From NCBI RefSeq assembly GCF_964204865.1, contig NC_135255.1, positions 3,534,001 to 3,598,000 on the forward strand: a stretch of DNA of 64,000 nt, written 5' to 3'. Origin of the DNA: Styela clava (Eukaryota). Under the pieces are notes generated by a model that saw nothing but the letters and a program-made list of their open reading frames with translations, searched no databases and was not told where the DNA came from. A program made the translations under genes and the position numbers. This document shows positions 37,753 to 53,300 of this stretch, piece after piece. Numbering within the stretch: position 1 is the first letter of the stretch; each line of letters starts with the position of its first letter.

Positions 37753-40700
37753 TTAACTATTGGAATCAATATGACGCAGAAACATGGAAACAAAAAAATA
37801 AAATTCGCAGAAAATTTACAGCACAAATCGTACAGTAAATACGTAGTTAAATAGCTTGTGTAGTTACCATAAAATGCAAGTGGGCTTTTCGCGGTTTTTA
37901 ACTGCAGATTGATCGAAAAATATAAAACGCATCTCGTCAACAACATATGACTGGAATCAAAATGTCTGCAGAAATAGTCGATGACAGATCATTTGCAGTG
38001 TAGGTAAGGTCAAAGATCGAAATTCTAAGAAAATATAGAGCATTGCCGAAGCACGTTCCAAATGTGTTATTTCTTGATATATTGTCTGCATATATCGCAT
38101 CCAAAATTACTAATATTGTATAATATTCAAGATAGTATTCAGTGATTACCCGTGGTAGAATGAATATAATTCTCTGATTCTGTCTTGATGCCAAGCTTAA
38201 AATGTTTAAAAAGCTAACACGACGTATACTCATGTTGGAAATCTGTTTGTTTTAAATTATATTCATTTCTGTTTGGTGCAACAATTCGTTGAATTATCGA
38301 ACTAGCAAGGTTTTTAAAGGGCCATTACTTCCCAAAGAAATGTTTAAAACATAGGTAGAACATGTAGCTTGAAAATATCTTGTTAAAATAGAATTTATCC
38401 GCCATCTTTATCATTTATGAATATTCGAATTTTGCTTATAACTTGATTATGACCAATGTATTTGGTTTTCACCTTTTTGATATCTTCATATTTGCAAATA
38501 TCATTGGGGTGAAATATAGTTTTAAAACACCTTTAAAACTATTTTAAAAGGTCATGATGCAACTCGAACTTTCACGAAACTGCAAGGGAGTCATAGAGAA
38601 CACGCTACGTTAGCAAATAAACTGAAATGGTTTTTATAAAATATTTATTAAAAAGTTATGTGTAAGCTGCTGTTTGAAACAGATTTATAAGTTGGGTTTG
38701 GTGTTGGGCATGTGTTTAAAAACGCTCAATTTTTTTCTGAAAATGTAGTTCTTTATCCGCTTGCTTATTTAAACTGTAGAAATAAATTTTCATCAGCAAT
38801 TGTTGTTATCCTTTTAATGTTATAAAATTGGATATACCTGTTACATGGACATACCTCATGTCGGTTTCGAGGCTCCCTTTTTTGGGTTGGAATAATGTCC
38901 CGAATTTGGTCAAACTATAATATAATATATGATTTGGGTATGAAGTTCGAGACATGTCGGGTTGTTTATATAAATGATTTTAATAAATGTTCCAAATACA
39001 ATCGTATCTACCACACATCACATTTCTTTGCAGTTCCTCTCCAACAACAAGTTTTATTACCATTTGCTAATGTTAAACAAATGCATTATGATGCAATAGC
39101 AAATTCTGTTAAGCACAAACTCAAATGAAAATAAAATTATTGGATTTCGATTTTTAGCGTTGAAAATTAGTGCCTAGCAGTGATTGGATTCAATTAGAGT
39201 TTAATGAATAACATTTAGGAGTTGGGTTCGGATTGATGACAAAATTCCTCTTGCATCTCCTGACTGACACGTTGAATACATATACAGGTGTAATCGAGTT
39301 TATAACAAATTTCAGAGTTCAGCATTTTTTCAAATGTTAAAAGTTAATAAACGTGTTAATCACATTACATCGTTGCAAACCATTTTTGGTAAAATGTTCT
39401 AGATTTTCCTAGTAAGGAATAGTAAACAATATGAACAGAAACTTGTGATTGGTATGTCATAGGCTTTCGCCTAAGTGCGGTATTTCCCAGTAACTTTTGT
39501 ATGCTTATTGGAATTATGGGCAAGCGTCCAGAAATTTTGTAAAATTATGTGATTGATTAGATGATTCAAGCATTAGTAAAATGTACAATTTAATAATAGC
39601 TAAAGCGTTGATGAAAGCGATAGGGTGTATGTCTCAGGAGGATCTGGCTTCGACTATGATCATTTGTGGGTAAAATTGGATCTTGGTTAAATCGACATAT
39701 TTGTATGTTCAATATAACATTTTTAAATCAACAATTGATGGTTTAATTAAATCCTTCAACATTTTTTAATCTATGGTCGATATTCCAACGCAATAGTTAT
39801 CAATTGTTTTGGCTGTCGTCCCGATTATAACCAAAAATCTCAATTTCAGATGGGTAGGTTCAACATGACGCATTTTAACTGGTAGTGTTTTAGTTCAGTT
39901 TTTTGACAGAGTAAGATCATATATAGTTTCGACTGTATTTGTTACCGTTCAATGCTCTTAAAATTATTAAAAACAGAATTAAATAAAATTCTCGTCCTAA
40001 ATATTGTCTGTACATAATTTTCATTTATCAACATATCATGTTTGATAAGGACTTATCGATGCAATATAATAGGTGGCAAGAACGTATGCGTGTGCCAGAC
40101 ACTTCCGTTTACAAGCGTGACATAAGATAAGGACGATATTTTAAATTCTAAAAATACTAGTGTGAGTATCGGAGAAACCAACAGTATCAGATATGTAGTT
40201 TAAATCACAGTTCTAATATATTTTAATGTTCTCATGGGACGAGGGGCATTGAGCGTTAAGGAACACAGTGTACAGATGGAACGTTTATCAGACCGACGTT
40301 AGAATAAAACAAATAAAAAAAAACATTAAAAGAAATACGAAAACATAAATGTTTTCTTGGAAGTAAATTAATGTATCAACATAATATAATTATAAAGCAA
40401 CGCTTTCTGCAAAGAAACGCAGGGCATGGATAAGCAATTTACATTAACTTCGAACTTTACGAAAAATGAGGTCCTCGAAAGTGACTGATTGTTTTGCTGT
40501 ATTTTATTCTCAGCACGTCATAAGTTGTATCAAATAACCTATTCAACGCATTGTCGCCAAGAAAATTCGTCTAAAGTCGATCAAAATATTTCCGAATTTG
40601 CAAACGGCGCATTTCTGACTCATCGTATGGATGAACATCTAAGACAGTCATAGAACATTTGTGATTTTATACATGGCCAATCATGAATCAAAGATACATA

Positions 40701-41366
40701 GTACTGCCTATAAATTAAACTTAGCACAAGTGAAAAATTACACATAGCACAGTCAGCCAGCACACGTTAAAAACAAAAATAGAGTTCAGATCGCAGAACA
40801 ACGCGTTTGGCAACAAAGCACCAATGCTGCGTTAGCGTTTTATTGTGTTTTTAGCCGTTTATTGTGTTTTGTCGAGCTAGCTAAACAAAATAGACTAAAC
40901 AAAAACCATTACTTAGTTGTAAAAAAATCAACTATAGTTCAGATGTATCATGATTGAATAGTCTAAATCACGTATGGCCAACGCATGTCGAAAATCTAGC
41001 ACCGCGTATATATTAATTTAACTACAAGGAAATGCCATTGTTCTCCCCTTTCCTTTTGACAGTGTTTTCTCTGCTGTTCAAGATAACACCAACGCGAGAA
41101 AAAGGGAGATATTAAATTAATGCATGACATCGAGTCGGGAAATCAATTACAATTGATTTAGTTTAAGGCGAGGAGTCAGTGAGCTGTCACGTTTAAATAT
41201 TATTTTAAATCGCGTTTGAGATTATAGTAAAGTAGTAAAGGCCAATTAAATATTCAATAGTGTTTTGACGTGATTTCATATTCTAAGATAGTACAACGTG
41301 TTAATCATAAACTAGAAATTTGAATACTGGATACTTTTACACCATCGGGACCATATCAAGAATAGC

Positions 41367-44300
41367 ATGAGGTAACTTTATATTTCTTTATTGGTCATCT
41401 TTAACTGTCACATACTAACGGGTTGCATTTGTGTGATCATTTTAAGTTCGCAGATATAGGGAATGCTTGAAGTATCGCAAGTACTTTCGGAAGCTGGAAT
41501 TACATGATAAACGCTTTACCCACGTCGTATACACCGTATAATCGCTTGAATTCAAATTTTGAAAACCTAACCATAATCCTGTATTGACCTACAAAACGCT
41601 TTCAACAAGCGAAAGTTTTGATATCATGCAATGACAAAGAGAAAACAATGGAAAATCGCCCGCAGCGAAATCCTACTCTTGGGATGAACATTTTATCACA
41701 TATTATGTGAATTACGATGCGGTATTAGTCTGCGTCCAATTGCGTCTGTATTTGTTTATCTCATAAAAGTAATTGGGAGCGGCATTTTTACAGAGGTACT
41801 TTCTAATAGATATAACTGCAGTTCATTGTTCTATCCGCAGCATTGATAGTACGAACTCCAACTAATCATAAGTAATACTTTATAGCTAATTTAAAAACAT
41901 GCCTACAAATAAAATATTCAATGATTTAAATATGCGAGTAAATGTTCTGGTATTTAAATCCAATGTTATCAAGAAAATTTCATGTTCTACTGTTATATTA
42001 AATGTTGAATTCGTTTGTATTTTGATCCCACATTTTAGTTAATGTCAATGCGCCGTATTCTAAATTAATTACTTCTTATTTATTCGGGTTTGCCGATATC
42101 TTAACGCTACTTTTTTACGCAAAATTGGATCGCCAATTAGCCAGCAACAGCACTTTGGTTTGTAATTTATGTAATGTTAAACTAGTATCTGCAAATTGAA
42201 CAAAACGGCCGAAATATTGGACCAGCCAATTTGTTAGTAACTGGACATATAGGATCATGCGATACAAATTGTCTGAATAATTTCCGGCCTAGCCTGATTC
42301 ACTTCCAGGTATTTGTGTTTTTCCTTGTAAAATCTTTTTTTAACAAAGTAACAAAATTGTGGAAAACTTGCAAAGAGTTCATAACCAACAAATAGGGCAA
42401 TTTTTCAAGTTTTTCATCTGTTTTATTTAACTCTACAATCGCGGGGGTATAAATTGTTATGGCTTCAAAATATATAAGGGTAAACGCTTTCATATCAATA
42501 TATAGCCATGATGTTTATGAAATAAAGGAAGCGTATAAACAGGTTTTATTTGCCATATTCAAATCCAATAATTACTAAGTTATATAATTTCTTTTCCCAC
42601 TGTAAATAGATTCTTATATAACTGAATATCATTCTTTGTCGTGTTATATTTAAAAACCATGAACAAATCTTTCATAATTGCAATCTGGAATAAAATTCAC
42701 TAATTTCGACTTCCGAAACACATTCATTATGACAGAGGAAAATCAATCGCAAAATGGAACGTGAAATGACTTGGTAAAAAATAAACGAAATAGAAAATTA
42801 ATTCAAAAAAAATACTGAATGAGTTTGTGAACCGTAGGCATGTAAATTATAGGGACAAAAATCATCTTTTATCATGTATGTGTTTCACGTAATAAGATCG
42901 TTTTCTTTGATTCAGTCCCGATTGAAAATAAACCAATGCTCGCTTTATCTGTGATTTGAAAGCATGCCATTAATCACAATACACAAGTTAAAATTGTTCA
43001 GGGCATGTAGCCGCCCATATCAAACGTCATATGGTTCGATTTTGGCGCGTAGTAAATAAATTACGTCAGCGTTTGTTATTTTCTCGGCCATATTGTTTTG
43101 ATAAAAAGAATTATTCGATATAATATACAAATTATCGATTTCTCCTCTGTTTTAGACGGGCAACATCTAAGCTGTGATTATGGTAGTGATATTTGTGACA
43201 TATATCTGTGAAACAAACACATTATGTTGATAATTAATCTGGTACCTGTCAAGCAGAATGATAGTGACCACGATGTATTGATCAACTGCATAATATGTTG
43301 ACGATACTTGGAAATATAAACTATATATTAACTATATTTTACTTCCCAGTGGTATTCCAATTATAAGATTTATTATTGTTGATCCAAAACTAAACCTAAA
43401 ATTGTAGCCAAATTCATGGATGTCGCGAAAATATTTAAAATAATAAACTATTATTTAATTCTACGCAAGAATGAAAATAAATATATCATTTAATGGTATT
43501 GATTATACAACGTTTCAGTAAATGACAGAAAATATTATTAACGATGTGATATTCTTAGAATTGAGCCCGGAATATATTTTTTTTATAAATAATGAGTTTT
43601 GACTTTGCCGTAGACGATTTCAATTTTTCAACTAATGCTCAAAATCCAATTTATGAAAAAGGTGTTTCATTAATCATGCTGTAAAGACCTTTGAAAATAC
43701 CGGTCATGTGAAGACGCTATGAAAATTTTTCACGTAAATACATATAGGATGCACATTTCGTATAGTCATCGTTGCAAATTTTGGTTTACATAATGACAGT
43801 TGATTGTAATCACTTGTAGTTGCAGCGAATGAACCACAAACCAAAATAATTACCGAGCATTCGCAGTTTTTTATAGTATATATTAATTTATAAAATATTG
43901 TAATTGGGAAAGTAAAAATGAACCTGGAATTATCTGAAGTGAAATATGTGCGAGTAACTATCATATAACATTAAATTCATTACTATGTATCGTTTGAGCA
44001 CGTATTAAAATGATTTTATGGGAATGAATAATTAAGTAAAAAAACGCACTAAACTTGAGCGATATTGAACTGGTCAACGATTGTGTAATAGAACCGCTTT
44101 GTCAGTTTTTTTTCAGTTCTGATTTTTAATATATGCTTTGACAATTTAGATAAGTTTTCTCTGAAGAACTCAAGCACACTAATATAAACCTTTTTATTTG
44201 GCCTTCGCCTCAAGTAAACAAGTTCCGGGTCTACAAGCGATCGATATACAACTCTAATACAGACTTATCGATCGAGTTTTACTACGATTGGCGCTGAGAC

Positions 44301-47300
44301 CATTACGAGTTCGACATTATTGTGGTGTGCGCAATTCAAATTGTGAAATATTGCATGTATTGAAACTTGAAACGAAGTCCATCTAAAACTGACCACACCT
44401 TTGACATAGGAGTAGCAAAATTAGCATTTTAAAGTGCTGGGGCGAGTTATGTCAAGATCGCAAAAATATAAAATGTTTTTGGTAATACATACTATCATAT
44501 GTTAGAAAGTAGCTCCTGCTGATAACAAGCCATTCCCGTCATTTCTGAAGCCATTCAGCCATTCCTTTCCCAGCTTAAGTTTCAACTTCTGAAACAAATA
44601 CATCCCGAATAGAATAATGAATCATATAAACTTCATTTTTAGGATTCTTGCACTGATGATCTCGATTATTTTCGTCGCTGAGGTGGCATCGAAGCTTCCA
44701 ACATATTCTCTATGTGAGCTGACCGGTCCGCGAATAATAACATCCGCAAGAGGGCATATCACTTCTCCAAATTTTCCAAACAATTACCCTCGGAATAAAA
44801 ATTGCGAATGGCAAGTGATTTCACCAAAAGGAGCTGGCATTCAATTGCGTATTGCATATCTCAACAACAAGGAAGTGTTTGACAACGGACAAGGCGATTG
44901 GTAAGTAAATAACATATATTGTGATGGAATTTAAGAAGGTGTGTGACCACGCCCCTTTTTGAATATTGCAGGTCGAAATGAGAAATAAAACAACAACTAG
45001 TTTTTGGCACATCAACGGACAAATTTTTTACGATTGCTCCGCTTTGCGAAAAATCTAAGATTTTGACCGAGCAAATCACCTATTGAATAGCACATATACG
45101 AATATCAGTTCACTAATGATTCAATGCAAGTGCATTTGACACTGTATTTTCAACAGCGTGTTATAATGTCAGAGATAATCAATATCACTAACATGTTTGA
45201 TAAATTCTTTGTTATATAACAGACCTTAACACGCTCCCAAAGTTTCTCTAATGTCCTACCTTATAAAACTTTTCTATTGACGTCAAAAAACGATAGAAGC
45301 GTGCTTACTCTGTAAAAATTATTCTATTTTTGAAGATATCAATGCCGTGTAATCAATTACATTTAACGGGAATGCGGCATACATATTGCATATTTTTATT
45401 TAAAGTTTAGAGCAGTTTAATTACTGACTGAAAGTTGTTTTTTATTTATTTATTTTTTTTTTGCTGGAATACAAATTCCAAAATATCATGACTCAAAGCA
45501 ATTGTTTTTTAAAAGTAAAACGAACCGAACAGCGTATTTTGATGTGTCATTTCATTATATGCAAATTCAGGCCGTTTGCTGTCATGAACGATAACGAATA
45601 ACATATATGGTTTGAAATAAAACAGGCAAGGATTGACTCAACACCCCTGTGCGCTGTGATCTTAACGAGCCTCTATGATAATGTTTTTACACTCGGAAAA
45701 AAATTGCAAAGAAGCAATTTAACTTCTATAATTGGTTCGATTTTAAACCTTATGTTACCTTAAAACTATAGCGCTTAAAAACGCAGCACTTTTTAAAAAT
45801 TCGTTCAATTGCAAAAATGTGTTCGAGTTCACACTAAAGTGAGGATTTTGTGACACGTTGCACAAACTTGCATTTCAAGAGAGCCAAAAAAGTCTGTATA
45901 TTAGGACCTCCGATTGTTTTTAAACATGTTTACGTTCGAGCGCATTCTAAATTCTATTTAAGCACTGCCCTATAATGGAATATTGTAAAAATGCTCACTT
46001 CTCTCTTGTAACCTCGAGATTTTATTTTATTTTTGTAATTGATGAAATCAACTTTTCAATAATCCATGGGAATATCGCTAGGTCTTGAGTAAATGATTTA
46101 CAAAGTCGATTATTTCACTAAATATTTAGAATTGTTAAATCTGCCATTTGGCGAAAATTTACGATATGGAAATTTGGTAAATAATTCTTCTTTCGCCAGA
46201 AACGTTTTAGCGCAGAGAAAATTGGACCTAAATGTTTTTATCAGTAACTAAAAATTTATTAAAACCTTGACAACGTTCACGAAAAAGAGATGAACGAAAT
46301 TATTCTGACGTCTGTTACTAGAGTTGATTTGACAGGAATATTCGGTATTTTATTCGGCTACTGCCATAATATGTGAGCAATACTGCAACGCCGCAGGTAG
46401 TCAAAAGCAATATTACTTTGAGTTCCTATCTAGCCTGAGCGATGTCGTCATTCGATATATCAAGCCCATATCCCCTTCAAACGAACCCGATTCCAAAGTT
46501 TAATAAAATACGATTACTCCACGAACGTACAGGAAATATTACTTATCTTACAAAACCAGGAAAAACCTCAACTCTTGCACACCAGTCAGCATTTCTTTGT
46601 ATTTGCATTCATAGTTACGACAAACTTCGTATAGCATCAGGAAAAGTGGGAGATTCGTTCAAATACATTGATAACGACCAACTTTGCGCTAAGGAGGTTG
46701 AAGAACTGAGAAAAACAACTTTTGAAATACCGAACAATTCTGCTGATGAAAGTGTCATCGCAAAGATAACATTCGTGTCTGATTACGCCGATGAGAACCC
46801 AGGATTTTCTATTTTCTTTCAAGCAAGTAAGGTGTTGATTTGTTCTAGACTTGGAATTTGCCTAAAAAAGTTGGTATCATTGAAAGTATATATTGTTTGT
46901 GTATAAAATATCATACCTGCATTTTTGTTTACTAGTCTCAGGAGGGTTCATAATAAATTGGTGTTTTGAGAATATCAGAAATTTGACTTATTTTATTAAA
47001 TATCTAAAGAGTATACAAAGAGCGATAAGATTTGTTATGCGAAAGTCGCTGACTTCAGGAAAGGCAAACCATTCTTTTACTTCGATGATTGAGTATTCGG
47101 CTTGAAACAATTAGCGTAGCCTATTCGACAAATTAAATGAGAAAATTTTTAAAACTGTCATATCAGGCTGTTAATGCCAGTTAATACCAGTTATAATACC
47201 AGTTAATGATCGTATCTCGTGACGTAAACACTTAGACAGAATGCAAAATCTAACTTGTCTAAAGTAGCAAGTTCGTTTCGATTGAAAATGACACAAAGAT

Positions 47301-50300
47301 ACCTGGGCATTTTCATTGAATGGCATTCGGGTATACTTTGTATATGACCTGCCATCAAGGATTCAGGCTGGGCTTCTAAAATTGAGATTAAAGAATTGCT
47401 TCTATCAAAAATGTTATATTTATTATTATACCTTTTCGAAATTTATCATTTTATGCATTTACTCAGCTTGTAACCAAACTCAAACATCGGAATCCGGAAT
47501 TATAAAGTCGCCAAACTACCCAGAACAGTATCCGCCTAACGCTGAATGCTTCACGGAAATTCGAGCACCATTTGAAAACAAAATCGAAATAACTTTTGAC
47601 AATTTTAAAGTTGAAGATCAAGTTGCTTGTACAGCAGATTACGTTACAATCAGCGAGGGACCTCCAGGTAATTTTTATTATTTTTTCACTGTTTTTCATT
47701 TCTGAAAATGCTATGAGATAAACTCGTCTACTTTATATACAACCTTATGTGCAAATAAACATTTTTAAGTATTAAATTTTAAGTATTAAATTAAAATTCG
47801 ATTCCAGCCTAGGTTTAACGTAAATGACGCACAACAATCACCTCATTCCTGCATTCAATGGTGGTTATTCAAACGCATGAGTTGAGTCTCCATGTAACAC
47901 CGATATCATCCATACCCCATTGCAATTATTGCTTTTTGCATAGAAAGTCATTATATGTCGGTTTTGCAGCATTCACTGTTATGATTTGTTGCAGTGGCAA
48001 TTTTTCTTTGGCAAAGTTTCAAGTTCCTAATATGGAAATGTAAAAATGGCTGATTAGTATTACCGGAATTTTTGGCAGACAATCTCATAATCATATGACA
48101 GTTGTGTTTTGTTTGTCTCAATAGGTCAGTACGGTGGTCGTGCAACTACTTACTGCAAAAATAACATCGGTACTATAACAATCGATTCAAATATTGCAAC
48201 GGTAAAATTTGTCTCAGACGCAAATTTTGAGCAGTCCGGATTTCATGCGACTTGGAAAGCAGGTACATTTTTGATTATCGTGTTTAAATTTATTTTTATT
48301 AAGTTTTAAGCTTCAGACTTGCCTATAATTTGTAGGTGGGAATATTTATACGCTGTTATACTAATAAGGGCTTGCTTGATCAGAAAGGATTCAGTATATA
48401 CAGAGATATGGGCCAATACCATATAAGAACGTAATTGTGAAAACTTATAAAAGAACTCTTACTTAGTTATTTAGGAATATAAATAAGTTTAAAAACAATT
48501 TTGAAAAAATACCCCAGAAAGCAGAAGAAATATATGGTACATAAGTATTGATAGTCTTAGCTTTAGGAGACTTATTATATCGCTGTTACGTGAGTCAGTC
48601 ACTTAGTCACATGTCTAGTAATACGTTTGTGGAGGATTTCAAATTCTCCGATAAATTCAGCTTCAGTCGTTTAGAGAATTCTTCTACCTCAAAACAAAAG
48701 CGTCTTAATTGTAGCAAATAAAATCAATATTTTCCTAGTGGCTCCAACGACTCCTGCGCCAACTACAACCACACCACAAGCTACAACATTACCCATGAAG
48801 AATTGCAGTTATACTAACGAGAGCATAGAGTGTCAAAGATGGGATTCGAACACACCACACAAGCCAAAATATCGACCAAATAATGATGACATAAATCACA
48901 ATTATTGTCGCAATCCTGACAATGACAAAATGGGAGCTTGGTGCTACACAACTAATAAAAATATCAGATGGGGGTATTGCGATCTGGATAACTGTAAGTT
49001 GGTTTTTATTGATACAGCCTATATAACAAAATTAGCACATTTTAAAATTTTGACCAAGATTTAATCTCAATCAAAGTGCAGCTTCAGCAATAGTAAGTAG
49101 AAGGAACAAAGAGATCAAAATACAGTTCTAGTTTTGTTGTAGAAGAATATACAGAACAGAATTAAATAAGAAAAAGTATTTTGCCTTTTGCGCAATTGTT
49201 TTATTTTACATTTATGCAACATTTTAGCAAACGAAACATTTTTTCATGGTTTAATGTCATATATTTGGGATTACACTTACTAACAATGATGTCATTTCGA
49301 ATCAGAAAAGTATTTCGAAAAGAAGAATGGGTTCAAATCTACCTAATTTCAAAAATTAGGTCATGTGTTCAGTTATCAGAATATCTAACACGTAACCTTA
49401 CGTCACTATATAAGAAAGTTCAAAGGGCGATTTAAATATTTACAAACACAAGATTGCCATCAGAGTATATTCAGTTCAGTTGAGGTCGGGAACAATGATA
49501 AAAAATATGCAAAGTACGAAATAAATGACACTGACATAACGCCCTATTTCAATGATGACGAATTCAATATCCTTTGACACAGTTAATTGTACGAGAATGC
49601 ATCATTCATGTTCTTATGATATACGTAAGTTTGTAAACTGTAACGTTACATACTTCAGCCTTTTTCAAGAAATTTTTACATTTTATAATATCATACATCT
49701 GAATTACATTAATCGGTTGGTATTTCCCATGTATGTTTTGCAAACTGACAAAAATAATGGTCTCAATTCGGTTCTTATGCAAATAAAGAATTATTTCTAA
49801 CATTGAACTTACAGGCGTCCCTGCAACTACTACTATGAATCCAACTATTATTCAAGAAAGTACAGTTCCTATTGAAACAACAGAAGTTATCGAACTAGCA
49901 GAAACAACAACAAACGAAACTAATGGTGTCGGTATTATTGACGGTAAGTTTCTAAGTCTGATTAAAAAAACATCGCTGCAATGTAATAAAATTGTTGGGC
50001 GAAGGATAAAAGCAATACATACGATACAATGCGCACTTTGGTAAATATCTAACACAGTATGTGCTCTCGCCCTCTCCCCGTCGCTGTATATATACCGGCA
50101 CCAATGAGGAATTGGTTTTATCAAAATAAAACCATATCAAATTGCGGTCGACAATTAGATTTACTGCTTGGGTCCAGGCACGAAGTTAAATGGCAACTGA
50201 CCCATTTATCTAGTATTTGTTGGCAATCGAGTCGTTTGTGTTACAGGTACAAATGCGATTCCGGAAAAACAGGTGGGAGATGAAGATGGATCTGGCCTGC

Positions 50301-53300
50301 ATTGGTAGGTGTACATTTTTCCTTGGTTTTCATTTGATGCATTGCTTTTTTATAGCTATTGGTTTTGTAAGCATGTGTTTGTCAAATGTAAAATGATATA
50401 CATAACTTAATTACAATCATGTGTAACATAATCAAGGAGTGAAAATTTCAATTATCGCTGTTGTAGTTGGCGTTGAATTTTGCATGCTAGATTCTTTTTG
50501 TCTGAAATAAACATGTAAACCATTTTCATGCGACGCAAGACTGATTTCATTTTGTAACTGGGGAGTTTAAATATTTAATAAAATCCTTCTTTATTTTATT
50601 TATAGGGCAATATTTGTTGTCATACCGATAGTGTTGATCGTATTGGTCATTGTCATAATTTTCATCCTGAAGCGACGACAAAAACGAAAGTCTGGAATGA
50701 CAATAAGTGGACCGAATGCAGATGATACCGTTGCGTTCAGTCACCAGTTAGATCGAGATGATATGACGGAAAGGGTGAGCGTTTTATTATGCAATTTACG
50801 TCAACTTTTTATCCGAAGAATTTGAATTTCTTACTGGGTCCAGTGATTTCAGTTATTTTGCCTAATAACCAATTTACTCACTTTTCATGCCAAACTGTTT
50901 GGAAAGGTTTTTTCATCGATCGTTTTCGATCATATTATGTGTATTATCAAATCTGCAACAAATAATTATTAGAACTGATTCGACGACTTCCTTATTTGGA
51001 TGTGCGAAAAACGTGACATGCGTCATAAGAGTTACTTTCAATGGAAGCAAAGTCCACCTCAGAATGTGATTAATCTAAGATATATTTTGCATCGCCGCAA
51101 AAAATTCCACTTCCATAAACTTTTGCAAACTTATTTTTGCAGACCTTAGCAAAACTGTCTGCATTAATGATGAATTTTGTTTTTGTGTGATGAAACCAAT
51201 AAAATATCACAATGATATTCAAATCATACGACCTCACATATTTATCAACATGTTATTGCTGATCTAACGCCCTTCGACTATATCAATTAGAATTATTTTT
51301 AAGAAACTTTAATTTATTTAGACTAGAATTTTCCTACATATGAGTTTGCTATCTCGTGGTAAAAAAGTGCAAACTGTTAATCTGTGAACCGCTAAACAAG
51401 CGAATGTATATCAATCTATTCTAAACTTGAATTCGAAATGATGATTTTTTTATGCCCTCTCCCAAGAATTTTACTATTCATACTTTTGTTACAGCCAAGG
51501 GAAAACACATACGTGGAAATTCCATTCTTGGGCGAAATACATCCACAAGAAAGTTCTTCCAGGCGTGATGGTGAGTTTTATAAAAGTTAAAGCAAACATC
51601 AATTCCATGCAATACAATACCCCATGCAATTAAGATCAAAACTGATAAATCATACTTTATCCTAATGCTTTTGTTTGTTTGACTTAATCTAAAAACATTT
51701 GGTTTTGGGTTAATGTTATCTGGCACGGGCAAAAGCAACTTTTTAGGTTTGATGTTTCACGCCATATTATCAACTTCTATCAGTTGTGAAATATAGACAT
51801 ATGCTCTTAATATCTTCATAACAGCTTACTCTTAAATTTGTAATTTATTTTCTAATTAGAGTTAGTTAGCTACTTCAACTTGGATTGGATTTAAATAATA
51901 AAAAAAGTAAATAATTACTTCACAGAACCTGATGCTACTTGCGAAAAGAATTTTGTACTATTAAACAACAGAGGAAGTGTGTAAGTATTGGGAGTTTTAA
52001 AATAATAAAATTTTGAATAGCATATACTTTTTATATCAATAATTATTGATTACAAAACTATGACAATTTTCCAAATTCAACAGACACGGGTGGAAATACT
52101 GAAAACTGAATAGATTTTTTAAATTCCATTATGCAAGTGCCGAGCTGGAGTAATTTAAAGCTTGCTAAGCTATTCGAAATAGGAGTAGTACGGTGCATAC
52201 CTGAATATATCTTAAAATTAAATTCTTCAATCTTGCTAACTTTTAACACAATTAGATGTTTAAATATTTTTGAATAATGTGATAATATTATTGTTTTCTT
52301 TCCATATTAGAAATTCTACTACATCAAGTAATGATTCAATTGCAATTGCGAAAGAAGCTGCCCAAAGAAATTTCTCAGCAATAAATCGTGGCGCAAGTAC
52401 CTCGGATGCAAATCCGTACTCTGTTGCTGATGATGTGGAAAGTGGTACGAGAGGTAAAGAATTTGTCCTTCAGCAGGGTTTTGGCTATGGTGAAAGAATT
52501 ACAAGCAGTCTAAATCTTAGTACTTTTTTTTTGGAAGTGCTACAATTGCTGTTACAGAAACAAAATATATTCACTCAACAGTATTCCGTAATATATAAAT
52601 ATATATCATTACAGAATAAAGTTTGGTAGTCCTTGAGACGTGTAAAATGATTTCAATTATACCACCTCTCTGATCTACCTATTTCTGGTGATTAATTGGT
52701 TTATTTGAATTGTATTATTTCAGCGCTTCCAGTATCTGAACAGAAAGAAAACGTATATCACTCAATTTTGCCAGGACAAGAAAACAATACAGGTAATAAA
52801 TAATGGCTAATAATATGGTAATTTAGTGAATATCAGGTTTAGGCAATGTTACACATACTCGACAAATATTTATGACTATAATACTAGACTATGAATTTGA
52901 AAAGCTTTCAATGTATTAGTGAATGTAATATGTTATATTTTACCAAAAATATTCCGCATTTGAACTATATCATTTCCAATCGTGACATTCAAATATTATT
53001 TTACCGAAGGAAAATCTAGCGGAAGCTCATTCAGTCGAACTCCACTACCACCGACTCCATTTGAAAGAGCGAACAGCAAAGAAATGCAAAGGGACCAAGA
53101 TTCAGAAAATAAGAAAGGAAAGGGTTGGAAACTCAACTTCACTGTTAAGAAAAACGAACCTGTTAAACCTGAAGGATTTGCAAATCCGTCATATCGTGAA
53201 AAAGATGCCCCCCAGCAAGTTTTTGACAGCGCGGATGAAAATCCTTTCGATACAGATGGTATGTAAAGCATAGAGTAATAGGTACCTGGTGACCCAAAAA

